NCBI RefSeq assembly: GCF_000143415.4
Contig: NW_003314325.1
Coordinates: 336,567 to 400,566, forward strand
Length of the DNA stretch: 64,000 nt
Reading direction: 5' to 3'
Origin: Selaginella moellendorffii
Lineage: Eukaryota; Plantae; Lycopodiophyta
Shown here: piece after piece, positions 37,831 through 50,578 of the stretch
How positions within the stretch are numbered: the stretch's first letter is position 1
Layout of the letters: the number at the start of each line of letters is the position of its first letter
Program-made: the position numbers and the translations under genes
The notes under the pieces: model-generated
The model's database searches: none
What the model saw: the letters and a program-made list of their open reading frames with translations, nothing else
Told to the model about the DNA's origin: nothing

Positions 37831-39966
37831 ATGCCGAATGTGCGGAGGGCGACGCGCGATTTCATGGATTTGGTCGCATCCTGCCTCACCGCCGCCAGGA
37901 TCGACGCGCTCTACGCCAGCAAATGGACTTGCCAGGCGGTCTTGAGGTTTTTCTTCCTCTCGCTCGCTCTCTTTCTTGTCTGAGCGTGGTTCCAATCAGA
38001 TCGCTGCCGCCATTGGCGAAGCTCTACGTGTTGCGATTGCTCTACCTGGATGCCGCGGTTCCGGACAAGATGCTGCTGGAATGGATCAAGGGAGACGCTG
38101 TTGCCAAGCACAAAAATGCGGTGGACAGGCTAGTCCAGCTCAGAGTTTTCCTTCCAGAAGAGAAGTAAGCTTTCGTTCCCCGCCATACTTCTTCCCGCTG
38201 AGAATCCTTTCCAGGAAGAAAGAAACACACTACAGAGTTAATCCCAAGTTTCAGGAGCAACTACGACTGGCATTGTCTACTGGGTAACTTCTTTCTTTCT
38301 TTCTTTCTCTCGTCCTTGCTGATTCATCATCTTTCTCTCTTGCTTGTTGTTCTCTCAGTTTAGGAACTCCCAGGGACCCCTTGCCTCCAGACATCGCCGT
38401 GAGGATGCCGTCCGCGAAGGAGCTGGACGACTATGCGACTGAAAAATGGGAGGCATGGTTTTCAAGCGTGAAAGTTTTTTCTGCGAGTCGAGTTACTTAC
38501 GTGCATGCTACCTGCTGCAGTCAGTTGTTCTCCAGCTCGTCAACTTTGCCTCTCCGGATGGCCCATCCGCATCGACCAACGGATTCATCGTCCAGCTCTT
38601 CCAAAAGGCCGATTTGCTTACTTCAGGGTAGCGTCTCTTTTGTGTTTTTTTTTTTTTTTTGGTTGCCTTAAGGATTTCGTTTGGTTTTCTTTTAGCCAGG
38701 ATCCTAAAATCACTCCAGCTGGCTTTCAGTTCCTTGTAAGTGCACTGGAATTCTGTCAAGAGTTTCTTCTCTGACGAAATCTGTCTTGCAGTTGCTGGAT
38801 AGGAACTCTCAGCTTTGGAGAGTGATCCGAGAGTACGTTCAATATGCAGAGGTTCTTGTCTCACTCTTTAGTTTTGCGAGTTTGTTCTTAGCATTTCTCT
38901 TTTCTACTTTTTGATTTTAGGCTCGTCAAATAGACACTGGAGAGCTAATCCGCTTCCTTTTGGAGATTGGATTCTACAGCGTCGGCGAGCCATATAGCAT
39001 GGATTCACTTCCAAACAGCCAACGCAATTTCGCGGAGGAGCTCGCAATGCTCGGGGTGTTGCAGCTCCAAAAGGTACTGTCATTGATCTTAATGACGCAC
39101 AAAACTAACAGAAAAATGTTCACAGGGTATGAAAGATCGATGGTTCATTCCAACGAGACTCGCTACTGGTCTTTCAGCGAGTTTGTCTGAATCATCAGCA
39201 TGGCAAACGGAGGGATTTATCATGGTGGAAACGAACTTCAGAGTCTACGCGTACACGTCTTCGAAGCTTCATATCGAGACGCTCCATGTTTTTGTCAGGT
39301 TAGTGGAGTAATTTTAGCTTTGTTTTGTTTAAGCAACTGCTAGCAGGTATGTAGCAAATGCTAGAAATTTCGCATTTACCAACTTAGTGCTGCATTTTGT
39401 GAATCTTTTTTACAGGACCGAGTACGTTCTTCCAAACATTCTTGTCGGGAGCATCACAAAGGAGAGTGTCAACGGCGCGTTTGCGAGTGGAATATCTGCA
39501 GACCAGGTCTGATCTCTCAAAGCTTTTCTTGTTGTTGGTAATAACGTTTCTCTTGGCCTGCAGATTATCAAATTTCTCCAGCAGCACGCTCATCCGTTTG
39601 TAGCTCAAAAAGTTCCTTCGGTTCCAGAGACTGTTTGCGACCAGGTACAAGCTCACTCGTAGAAACTGAGCCTGATCTCTACAATCTAGATTCGTCTGTG
39701 GGAATCGGACCGCGTGAGAGTGCAATATCTTCCCGCGTACTGCTACGAAGGCTTCCCAAGCACGGTAAGCAACTCTTCACAAACAATGGTATTTTAATCC
39801 GTCTATTATTCGAATGCATCAGTCTGTTTACGAGTCAGTGGTGGCTCACGCCAGGGATCGAAATGGGCTTTTGTGGGAGGACGCTAACAGGAAAATGATC
39901 GTCGTGGGTGGCGAACACCATGAAGCCATTCGAGCCTTCCTTCAAAACATCAACAAGAAAAAATAA
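37831..39966 (+). CDS. TFB2: TFIIH subunit 4 (p52/Tfb2), multi-exon
   Basis: LYASKWTCQAVLRSLPPLAKLYV; ITPAGFQFLL; FIPTRLA; GFIMVETNFRVYAYTSS; LPNILVGSITKESV; GISADQIIKFLQQHAHP; VPETVCDQIRLWE. Confidence 0.93.
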
Positions 39967-41002
39967 ATTTTCGAAATGCTAATCCTTTGTGCAAATTTTC
40001 TTAGTTCTTTTGACGGAGTAATTCTTATGTTTTTTTTCTTAGCGTGAATGTTTTGGGTGGACTTTTCTTCCTTCTTTGACATTTTCTTTGTTTGACTCGG
40101 TTTAAATGATTTTTATGATGTTCTCCTCACTATTGCAAAGGAAAATTGATGGTGTGAACCAAGAAGAAGAGTCCATGCAAATTTTTATTGTCGCCCAAGT
40201 CCACTTAGCTAGTTTTTGGTTGATCCCAAAGGTCCTGGCATCTTCGACTTTGAATTCAAAAGGACAGAAGAATCTGTATACTTCGGATTTCTCGGGTGAA
40301 AGCATACGTTCTGTTCCAGTGACCAGGTACAAACTCATTTCTTAGAAACTAGACTCTAAGATTCGTTCGGATCCCGACCAGGACACTGTAAGTCTGGGTG
40401 CGGTGGCCACGCACCCGTCGCTGATGAGCCGTGGCCCGTTCATGCCACACCATCCCCATCATGGGTTTGGAGCTCCGCTTTCTTCCTCCAAACTCCCCAC
40501 CACTTCAACTCGTCATCCACTGAAGAAAAATAGAAGGATCTTAGCGGCTTGACGAACGGACTCGAACCGGTCCCGACGGGAGCCACGAGCCCTGTACAGG
40601 GACCAAAAGTTGGCAATCCCAGCAGCCAGTTACAAGGTGTGGCAGCATGAGACCGACTGGCAGCCGTGATTATTGCCGTACATCGGATCTTGTGGCCGTC
40701 AATGTAGTCCGCCATATCACTGTCAGAATCTGGATCAGAAGCTTTGGTCATCGATTTCATCACCCCAATGGCCAGCTTTTCTAGAATTTTTCCAGCCTGT
40801 GACACGTCTTTCTGGAGGCAATCAACACAAATTTCCCATCCAACAGCTCGACCTTTTTCTCCCAGAATAAAGAAGATTATTCATTGAGTGAACCCTCTAT
40901 CCATACCACAGATGGAAGCACAGGATTCAGACAAAATAAACCCGGCGACTTCTCTAAAGGATATATTCACCCATTCCACTTCCTCTTATCACCGCAATCG
41001 CA

Positions 41003-41885
41003 ATGGGCAGCTCATTGTCTCGAAGTTTGCCAGCTCGTGGCACATCTCTCCGGAGGAGATGCAGGTGCATTCAAATCAACACAAAGGCCGACAAAACACC
41101 ACTCGACCGGCGGCTGTGCCTTGATCTTCCCAACGGACTGCCCAAGCGCCAGCAGCTCGTGGGCATTGCCATGCTGATCCTGCCCTGCGTTCGGGAGAGC
41201 CGCGCCAACTTCGAAGTTGCTCTGGAGATCAGGAGCCTCTTTGTGGGTGTGGACGACGAGGATGTAACCATCAGCGCCAAGGCTCTGGGATTCTACCCGT
41301 ACCGCGTCAAACTCCGGATCGAGCCACAGCTTGGTGAGATGGAGAGCTCTGACATTGTTCTCTACGATTTCCGCGATAGCGATGGCAATTCCAGCACACA
41401 TACCACGAGCTGCGATGCTGAGATTGGAGCTCAACTTAATTTATGGCCACTATCTCTCAAATTAAAGAAAACGTGGGGACGATCACTTGAAGAGCCAATG
41501 GAATACGAGTCCATCACTGTTGGAGTTCCAGGGAACACTGAGCTTGAGTGGAAACTCCTTCGCTGGAATCACAATGGGATGAAGTATAATCCATCCAAAC
41601 CATATTCTGGCATCGGCTCCCTAAAGGTAAATCATGTTTTTATTGCTTTTAAGGTTAGCCGCCATTGCGAGGAGGGACCACAAGTATCAGTGTGGAAGAC
41701 TTTCCAGTCGTTGTGTGGCATCTGCCCGCAAGCATGGCGTCCAAGGTTCCGCTCCGGTTCAAGCTTCATCTTGAGGCCGAGATGCATCTCGTCTGCTACA
41801 CGAGAAGCAACTGGATGTACCACGAAGCCAATTGCACCAGGGAGACAGTCGAGTTTTCACGTGAGTTTGTTGTCACAGATGGTGA
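41003..41885 (+). CDS. Family A copy 3 (first intron only ~32 nt, possibly pseudogene); 3' end uncertain
   Basis: MGSSLSRSLPARG... near-identical core to copies 1 and 2. Confidence 0.55.
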
Positions 41886-42394
41886 GTGAGAAGCATATAC
41901 TTTTTGTCGAAATAAATAGCGGAGCCCTGCTTTGAGCAAGACCAACAGAGCGTGATAACCATCTACAAACTTCTAGCGATGTCACCAGGCTTTCGTCCAC
42001 TATGAGTGCCTCTGCACATACCACTTACCAAAAGCTCCAAAAGGAAGCCATACTTTCAATGACAAGCTCTTCATCTGAAAGAGAGGAACAATCGGTGAGA
42101 ATCCTGTTCATTTCTTCTTCTTCTTCTCGTTTATTTTTATCTTACCTCACTCACGCTAAGAAGCGTTAAGTCCAGCTGCCCCACATCCATCTCCTCATTT
42201 AGGAGTAAAAATGCGCTTGGCTCCACATCCATCTGGCTGGCCGCTATAAAACTCTGGAGCAGAGACACTCGCGCGCGCAATCGAGCTAGAAACCAAAGGA
42301 AAAAATGCCCCATAATTGAGGACGAACGTGAGTATTACAAAGAATTCCTCTTTACAATGAAAAAATCAGAGGAGAGAATGATGAAACGAAATAA

Positions 42395-43690
42395 TGAAGC
42401 CTCGTTGTGGAGCTCAAGAACAGCAGCTGTACTGACAGCTTTTTTTAGCCTTCTCGCACAGCATCACGGTGGCTACCAAGATCATCACCATCTTGGGTCT
42501 CACCTGCGAAAGAAGATAACAAGAAATCCCTCGCTGGAAAAACGAAAAATAAAACTACCTCGGACAATGTCATGCCACAGCAAGAACACGCTGCAACCGA
42601 GCTTCCTGGCCACACTGATCACGTACACCGCGTTTTGTTTCTTCTCGTCATCTGCAATTCATAAGATTATATCGATTAATTTGGATGGGTCTAAGTTCAT
42701 TTGCTTGCCTGTTACTCCTTTGGTCACGAGCTGCCAGTTTACAACGCGTGGTTCTACAGCCGGAAGAAGATGCCAGATGGTAAGCTATTGTCCTGGAAGT
42801 TCCAGTTCCACTTGTGTCTTGCAAACATTAGCTCACAGCAACGTTTGTTGCCTTGAAACTCTCCGTACGGCTGTCTTTGCCTGATCGCTTCACTTTATTG
42901 TTGACCCGTTTCAAGATGTCGTAATCAGACACCTCCTTCCCTCTCAATTTAATGTTCTTCAGCAGATGGAGGGTATGATACCGCATCAATTGCCACAGAA
43001 ACGCTGGCAAAGACATGTAAACGGCTTAAAAGTCATCAGCAAAAAAAAAAAGTATGAGCTTGTGATTGCCTTGAATGATGTCGCTTCCTGCAACGTTTAC
43101 CAGTGACAACCTGCTTTCGGGCAGCATCAAGGGCTTGGTTGCAGTTCTCCATGTTCTTAAACGGCATCTTGATGAGAGGTTTATTGGCTGCCTTCCAGTT
43201 GATGGAGCCTGGCTCCAATTTTTCTAGTATTTCGAGAAGGATCCACCTACAGAGTACAAACAAAACTATAAGAGCTTGAAACTTAAAAGACGGTTTCCTC
43301 TTATACCCGTCCCAGACGCCATCAAAGAGCTGGTCCACATATGTTGTTGTGCCAAGGCTATTGATCCACACACCAAAAACCAAAAACCTGCTCATCTCTC
43401 GAATCTTGCTCATGATCCTGAATTAATTCAGTGTAAGTGAGGCTGTTGTTGGCTGTCAAACCATTCCTGGAATAAGAAGAAGTTTTATCAAGAGCGAGGT
43501 GGGCCTGAAATTCATTACCTTTCATGGAAGAGATAGGCCAAGATTCAAGTTTGCTATGTAATGTCTCTGGGTGTGAGGTACTTCTGACAGTTGATATGTG
43601 CAGCACTACTTTTGCTCTATCGTAGGGATGGAAATCTAGTAGAGACAAATTGCAACTCTTAGGAGCCAAGATGTTTAGAAGTATGGTGTA
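42395..43690 (-). pseudogene. Inverted 3'-half fimbrin copy
   Basis: [40 protein letters not shown] with frameshifts; cut off by a TE block. Confidence 0.9.
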
Positions 43691-44299
43691 TGGCTATACA
43701 ATTGCAAGTTGTCTACCACAACTTGAGTTGTGGTTGGGGTGGTGAGAAGTTAAGATGTTTTAGTAGAGATATCATTCTCTTCAAGTTGATTTCTCTGTTT
43801 TTTATTTCTTCTATGATTTTGTGAACTTTTAATATTTCTTTTTTAATTAGGACCAACCACTAGCATACACTCCAATTATGAATCTCTTTGAGAATAAGCA
43901 CTAAAGCTAATATTCTTTTAAAGTATGGAAAGGGAAGATGAATCTATACAAAGTTGTAAACCATAAATTTTTTCTTTCCAATTTGTAATTTACTTCGTCT
44001 ATTCAACCACTATGGCTTTGGCCTTAATTAAATTCTCTTGCCAAGGTTCCCATCTATTATATTAATTCTTACTTGGTCCTACTTGGTTTCAACAATTTAT
44101 TACACGAGCAACGGAGCGTTAGTAATTCATTCACGAATTCCTGAATTTTCTCCTAATCCCCCTCTTCGGGTTAAATTGGATTTAAGGTTTGGCTACACTC
44201 CCTACATGCACAAGCAGCCAAGCACACCAAACCTCAAAGGTCTTAACATATTTTGGTACAATAACACTTGATCATGGGACCCTCTAAATCCCAAACATT

Positions 44300-44760
44300 G
44301 GGTGCAACACTTACTCTGGGATACCAAGGGGGAAACACTGTGGCCTAATGACTTGGTGCAGTGCACCTAAATTTGGAACCAAACTCCAAACCCGTTGCAT
44401 TACAAAACGAGGGTCCAGTGCACCAGCTCCCCATATCCAACACTTGCATACAAAATGGTGTTAAATAGTGTCTGGCACAATTTTGGCATACCAGTGGCCT
44501 AACAGAAGGAGGAGGGTACCCCACTGACTAAAGCAGCATGGAGTTTGGGTTTAGACCCAAGCCGGATACAAAATAAGGAACAACACAACTCAACGAGAGC
44601 CAAATTAATATCTCAGGTGGTCAAATATGCATTCCAACCACTATCCCTACTATACATTTGGAACCCCCTACAACACCCCCCCTCCCCCCCCGCCTATGAG
44701 GAACACACATTTTGGGCTTTCACCCCAAGCCTCCCTTAGTACCAGGAGTTAGTTTCTGGG
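44300..44760 (-). mobile_element. Fragment of the large repeat-bearing LTR family (related to 18319-20420)
   Basis: 44640-44730 is the reverse complement of the aaagcccaaa...G-run...ggttcca...gtatagtaggga segment at 19410-19490. Confidence 0.55.
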
Positions 44761-45017
44761 ACAAGCTCGAAACTTATTAAAGATGGAATGTCCTTAAATT
44801 GTGAATTTGGACACGAAACAAACACCATTGTGTTCAGTTTCGTAGATATGCCAAATGAGCAAATTTAGACACTTTCTATAAATAGCATTTGGGACAAAAT
44901 GAGACTAATGCAAAGGGTATGATAGCGAGGGTGTTTGGCAAATACAGTAAGATATTATATAGCGATATTGAGGGATTAGACTCAATATCAAGGGGGTTCT
45001 TGATACTAGCAAGTATA

Positions 45018-48000
45018 AGCCAATAACACAAGTTTCTCAAACCAGGCTGAGTATGCTCAACAAGAAACATATAAGGTTTTTATTTTATGTTTATCCAATT
45101 TAAGTGCAAGGTCATTAACTAGTTTCTCAACTAGCTCAAGTAGGATGTTCATCTCTATCGTTCATTAGTACTTAAGTCAGTTTTGGCAGATTGACTTCGG
45201 CACTTTGGTGCATGGGTCCAATCCATAACCATGGGGATAACTATTATAGACTGATAAAAAGTTTTTGCATCTCTCTCAATGGCTCATTTTTGAAAAGGGT
45301 GTGGTCATGTAAACAACTTAATCTGCTAGTTTATAATAGTTGTCTAAATCTTTCCGATGGGGTTGATTTCTTGCTCAAGGGAAGTTGGGCCTTTGGCCTT
45401 TTCCCTATGTCCCTGTGGGCAGGGGTGTATCATTCCTTTATAAGCCAAGTGGTACTTGGAGCAAAAAGGGTGGCTAACTCTATTAGTCATTTCTTTGTTG
45501 GTGATGGCTGGAGGGTGTCTGAGTCTTAACATCTTTAGACATAAAAGAGAGGTCATTCCATAACTCATTTAAGTCGGTGTGTTTTCCATATAATGTGCTC
45601 CGTTAACTTTTGAAGTTTTTTTCTTGACGGTTTGTTAAACTTGGGTATGCATCGACGAGGACGTCAATTTTCCCCAACGGGAGGAGAGTGTCGCGAATGT
45701 GACTTCGGGTATTAAAAGATACTTGTCAACCAGTCTTTACAAACACTCTTTCCTTACTACCATGACGGTAGGAGGTTGGTACAGTTGGTTCCCTTTATTA
45801 TTTGATTTATAAAAATATATTACTTTATTGTTTTGCAAGATTTTTTACAAAGTTTACAAATATTACTATTCTCATACTCCATGACAAGCTCATGAGCATA
45901 TGTAAGATTCCTAAGAGATTCCCAAGTTGATTCACAAGTCGGGTAACCTTTCCACTTAACTAAATATTCCTTTGAATGACCACCACGAGCTTTGCAAGAC
46001 AAGAGAATCGCCTCAACTTCATACTCAAGGTCACCATGCACAACTTCTGGAGGGGGATGAATGTCCATAGAGCGATCCACATCAACAAGATATGGTGCCA
46101 ATAAACTGACATGAAACACATCATGTACATGGGACAACTCATCCGGAAGATCCAACTTGTAGGATATATCACCAACTCGCGCCAATACTTGATAGGGTCC
46201 AACATATCTTGGTAACAGCTTCCAAGACAAAGATCCCTTAATGTTCAAGTTTTGGGAAGATAGCCACACTTAATCTCCTACTTGATAGAATACATCCTGA
46301 CGATGCTAATCCTTATCATGTTGATACCTATCTTGAGCTTTGCCCATCGTCTTAGTAGCTTTAGACCAACCTCGGTGTAGCTACTCCGCATAAGTCTCAA
46401 CAGCCGGGACCAACACTTTAGATATTGGTTTCGATACAACAATTTGTTGAGGCACCCCACTAGCATTCCCCATGGAGAATAACCAATAGCACTGTGAAAT
46501 GTGTTGTTATAACAAGTTTCTGCTGTGTCCAAATGCTCAACCCAATCGCATTGGTCGCTGCAGCATAGTACCGCAAATAATCCTCAACTTGAGCATTCAC
46601 ACGTTCGGTTTACCCATTAATTTGAGGATGATAAGCCATACTAAACTTCAATTTGGTACCAAAAAACTGGAATAGTGTGCCCCAAAACTTCCCCATAAAC
46701 CTCGAATCTTTATCCGAGATCATCTCTTCAGGAAGACCACGAACATACACTACTTCATGGAAAAAGAGTTTTGTTGCTTATTTCGCATTTACTGTTCCCA
46801 CAATTGGAATGAAGTGTGCAATCTTTAACAAGCGATCCATAACCACCATCAAAGTATCATAACCCTTAGACTTTGGCAAGCAAGTGGCGAAATCAAGTGT
46901 CACACTCTGAAATGGCCATACTGGTGCTGGAATGCACTACAACTTTTCAGCCTGCTTCTCAGTTTTGCACTTACATTGTTGGCATAGAGGGCAAGAATGG
47001 ATATAGTCTGCCACATTACCTTCCATACCAAACCAAAAAAATCCCTTTTCAATGAAGCTAGAGTCTTCTGCTTTTCACCATGTCCCGCTGCCAGAACATC
47101 ATGATGTTCCCACAGAAATAATTGTTGCAGATCCTTAAAGGGAAGATATAATCTTTCTTGCTTATAGAATATAAGCCCATCCTGAACTAAGAAGTGAAGC
47201 TTTGCATTGGTGAAGTTAGCAACTTTCGCTACTTCGCTATCAAGGTTCTGCTTCGATAACTCCACATGGCATAAGATTGCCTTCACCAACGGATCACTTC
47301 CATATGAAGCTCGAACGTCCTCCAACCAGTCCGAACTGATTGCCGATATTGCCTAGAATTGAGCCTGACGACTCAATGCATCTGGAACAATATTGTCTTT
47401 ACCAGATTTATATATGATTTCAATATTATATCTAGCAAGCTTCTCTTGCCAACGAGTTTGCTTCGGTGTAAGCTTTGGCTAGGTAGCAAAGTAGCTTAGT
47501 GTGTTACTATTCATATAAACCTTGGTATGTTTACCCAAATAGTGTCTCCAGTGTTCCAGTGCCGACACTATAGCAAACATTTCTTTCTCGTGCGTTGGCC
47601 ATCTTCATTGAGTTTCATCCAATTTCTTGGAATAGAACGCAACGGGACAACCATGTCACCTCAGCGTAACACTAACCGCTTTATCACAATCTTGCTGTAA
47701 CACAACACCAATAGCATAGCCAGATGCATCACAATGCACTTCAAAGGGTTTACCAAGATCTGGGATCCTAAGAACAGAAACCGTAGTCAAAATCTCCTTC
47801 AACCATACAAAAGTACGGTGATAAGCTGGTGTCCAATGAAATGGTCTACTATTCTTCATCAACTCAGTCAACGGAAGAGCAATTCTTGCAAAATTGTGGA
47901 CAAACATGCGATAGTATCTCACCAAACCGAGAAAGGAATGAACATCTGATATAGTGGTTAGGACTTCCTAGGACTTCACTGCTTCCACCTTCTTTGGATC

Positions 48001-50578
48001 CACCTCAATTACGCCACCACCAAATATATGTCCGAGAAAGTTTACATGTAATTGTCCAAAAGCGCATTTACTTTCCTTAGTATATAGTTTATGTTCGCAC
48101 AACTTCTGAAACACCAGCTCCAAGTGTTTCAAATGATCCTCCAATGTTTCATTAAAGACTAGAACATTGTTGATATATAGGACAACAAATATGTCTAAAT
48201 AATCTCCAAATATTCTATCCATCATAGTGCTGAATGTTGCCAGAGCATTGTATAACCCAAACGGCATGACAAGGAACTCATAAGATTCATACTGAGTCTT
48301 GAAGGTTGTCTTCTCCACATCATGATTTGCCACCCAATCTGATGATATCCAGACCGCAAATCAAATCGCATAAAATATTTAGCCTTTAAGAGTTGGTCAA
48401 ATAAGTCATCAATGCGAGGCAAAGGATAATTATTTTTTACCGTGATCTTGTTGAGTGCCTGATAGTCAATACACATCCTTATGGTTCCATCCTTTTTCAT
48501 AACAAAAAGGACTGGTGCTCTATAAAGTGACTTGCTTGGTTGGATATGACCTTTGTCAAGAAGCTCTGTGAGTTGCTTCTTGAGTTCAACCATTTCTTTG
48601 ACATTCAAATGATATAGAGCATTTGTAGATGGTGTAGAACCTAGAATGATCTCAATGTGATGATCAACCTCACGGCTAGGAGATAGCCTTGGTGGCAAAT
48701 CCTTCGGAAAGATATTTTGATTCCATGCCAACTCCAATATCTTCTTTGGTATAGGATCAACCCCGTCACCAATTCGAATTGAGTCACTAATAATCTCAGC
48801 TTCCATCACTTGAACCCAAAAGGTCTGACATCCCTTTTTAGCTGCTTTTTGAGTGGCCCTCGCAGTCAGGAATTTAGCATCCCAATCCTTTGAGGAGCGC
48901 TTTTGCAGCTGGAAGGACACATTAGGATGTCCTTCTGACTTCAATGTGATACGACTTTGTCTAGCACTATAAATCCCTTTAATATATTTGTTGAAGAAAT
49001 CCATACCAAACACTATCTGAAAATCTGGTATCTTCAACACTACCAAGTCCACTCTTTCTTTCCACTTGGATGTTTTTATTGGAACATCACTCACAAATTT
49101 TCTGGCTACTTGCCCACCTTCTGCAAATCGGAAGTGCATAAGTAACATCTGCTTTGCATTCAATCCTAACAACTTAACTAAGTCTTTGGATATCACAATG
49201 TGTGTAGCTCCCATGTCAATTATCACTCGGATTCGGTGTCCACAGACAAAGCCTACTAGATACATTTAATGGATCAGTGTTTGCATTGGCTGTGAGAAAA
49301 GCTTGAGGAAAACAACAAAAGTAACTTACCTCCTCTTATTCATAGTCTGCATTGACCAACTCGTCAACCCCTTTAACTTCACCACTGCCGTCTTCCCTCA
49401 TAACATTAATACGAGACCTTGTCTTATGTTTGTTAGGACATTCTGAGGACCTATATTTTGACTCTCCACAATGAGAACAATGACCCATACTACCCATTTT
49501 GCTAGGAGTAGGTTTTGTAGGTTGCTGCTACTTGTACCCACTAGGAGGAGGAACAAAGGGCATAGGACCAAAAGAAGTTGCTAGTGATCTCTAACCACCA
49601 CCACCTTTGTTAACCATTGCTTGTGAGCTTCCAAGGCAAAACCTACCTTCCACCTTTTGTTTCCGATCACCTTGTTTATTCCTAGAATTTTTATTTTTAT
49701 CCAAGGTACCAGCATATGGTTGCTGGTATTGTTCCATGAGCGAGTGACTAAAGGCAACTTGCTGCACTGCCTCCTTACACTCCAGGTATGTCTTCGACTT
49801 AAACTTGAAAATCACATTGTGAGAAAGTGAACTTAAACCCTTCAAGAGATAACTTCGAGCATCTTCGTCACTTATATTTGCAATTATAATGCGCTTTTGA
49901 GCAAACGCATTAATGTAATGCATGAGATCCCCTTGCTGCTTTAACCACCACAGCTCCATGCAAAGTCTCAGACTAAGATCATCCAGCAAGTATTCTTTAC
50001 GAATACGAGATCGCATCTTGGTCCAACTTTTAGTTTGCCCTTTTTTAGCACACACTTGGCACCACCAAGTTTTGGCATGATTGGTGAGAAAATATTGCAT
50101 GTAAACAACTTTCATATGATCATCTATGTCTACTGCTATGAAATAGTTTTCCATATTGTAGACCCAATCTTCCAAAACTTGATAGTCCCGCATGCCTTTG
50201 AAATTGGGTGGTTTTGGAGGCTTGAACTTTGAAACTCGTGCAACCGAGGGCAGTTGCAAAATTTCATCATCCTCAGAACTTGAAGAAGAGTCCAGTTGCT
50301 TAGGTTTAGCTGGTTTAGCTACTTTAGCTTCTACCCAAGCCAATGACACAAGTTTCTCAAACTAGGCCGAGTATGCTTAGCAAGAAACACATAGAGTTTC
50401 TACTTTATGTTTATCCAATTTAAGTGCAAGGTCATTGACCAATTTCTCAACTAACTCAAGTGGGAACGATAAAGGAAACCAACTGTATCAACCTCCTGCC
50501 ATCATGATAGTAAGGAAAGAATGTCCGTAAGGACTGGCCAACAAATATCTTTCGATTCCCAAAGTCACATTCGTGACA
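45018..50578 (-). mobile_element. Ty3/gypsy chromovirus, decayed; 5' LTR ~50578-50338; 3' LTR split by an inversion
   Basis: gag (KPPNFKG...LEDW), protease [37 protein letters not shown], RNase H VHCDASGYAIG, integrase, GPY, chromodomain EYEVEAIL...EYLVKWKGYPTCESTWE. Confidence 0.92.

Noticed and set aside
40440-40805. 121-aa minus-strand ORF
   Set aside because: No recognisable motif, and its 5' part overlaps an antisense family A fragment
49290-49329. Possible 40-nt GT-AG intron between chromovirus gag and protease (minus strand)
   Set aside because: Very short and in a decayed element; could be ordinary coding sequence, with no way to support it here
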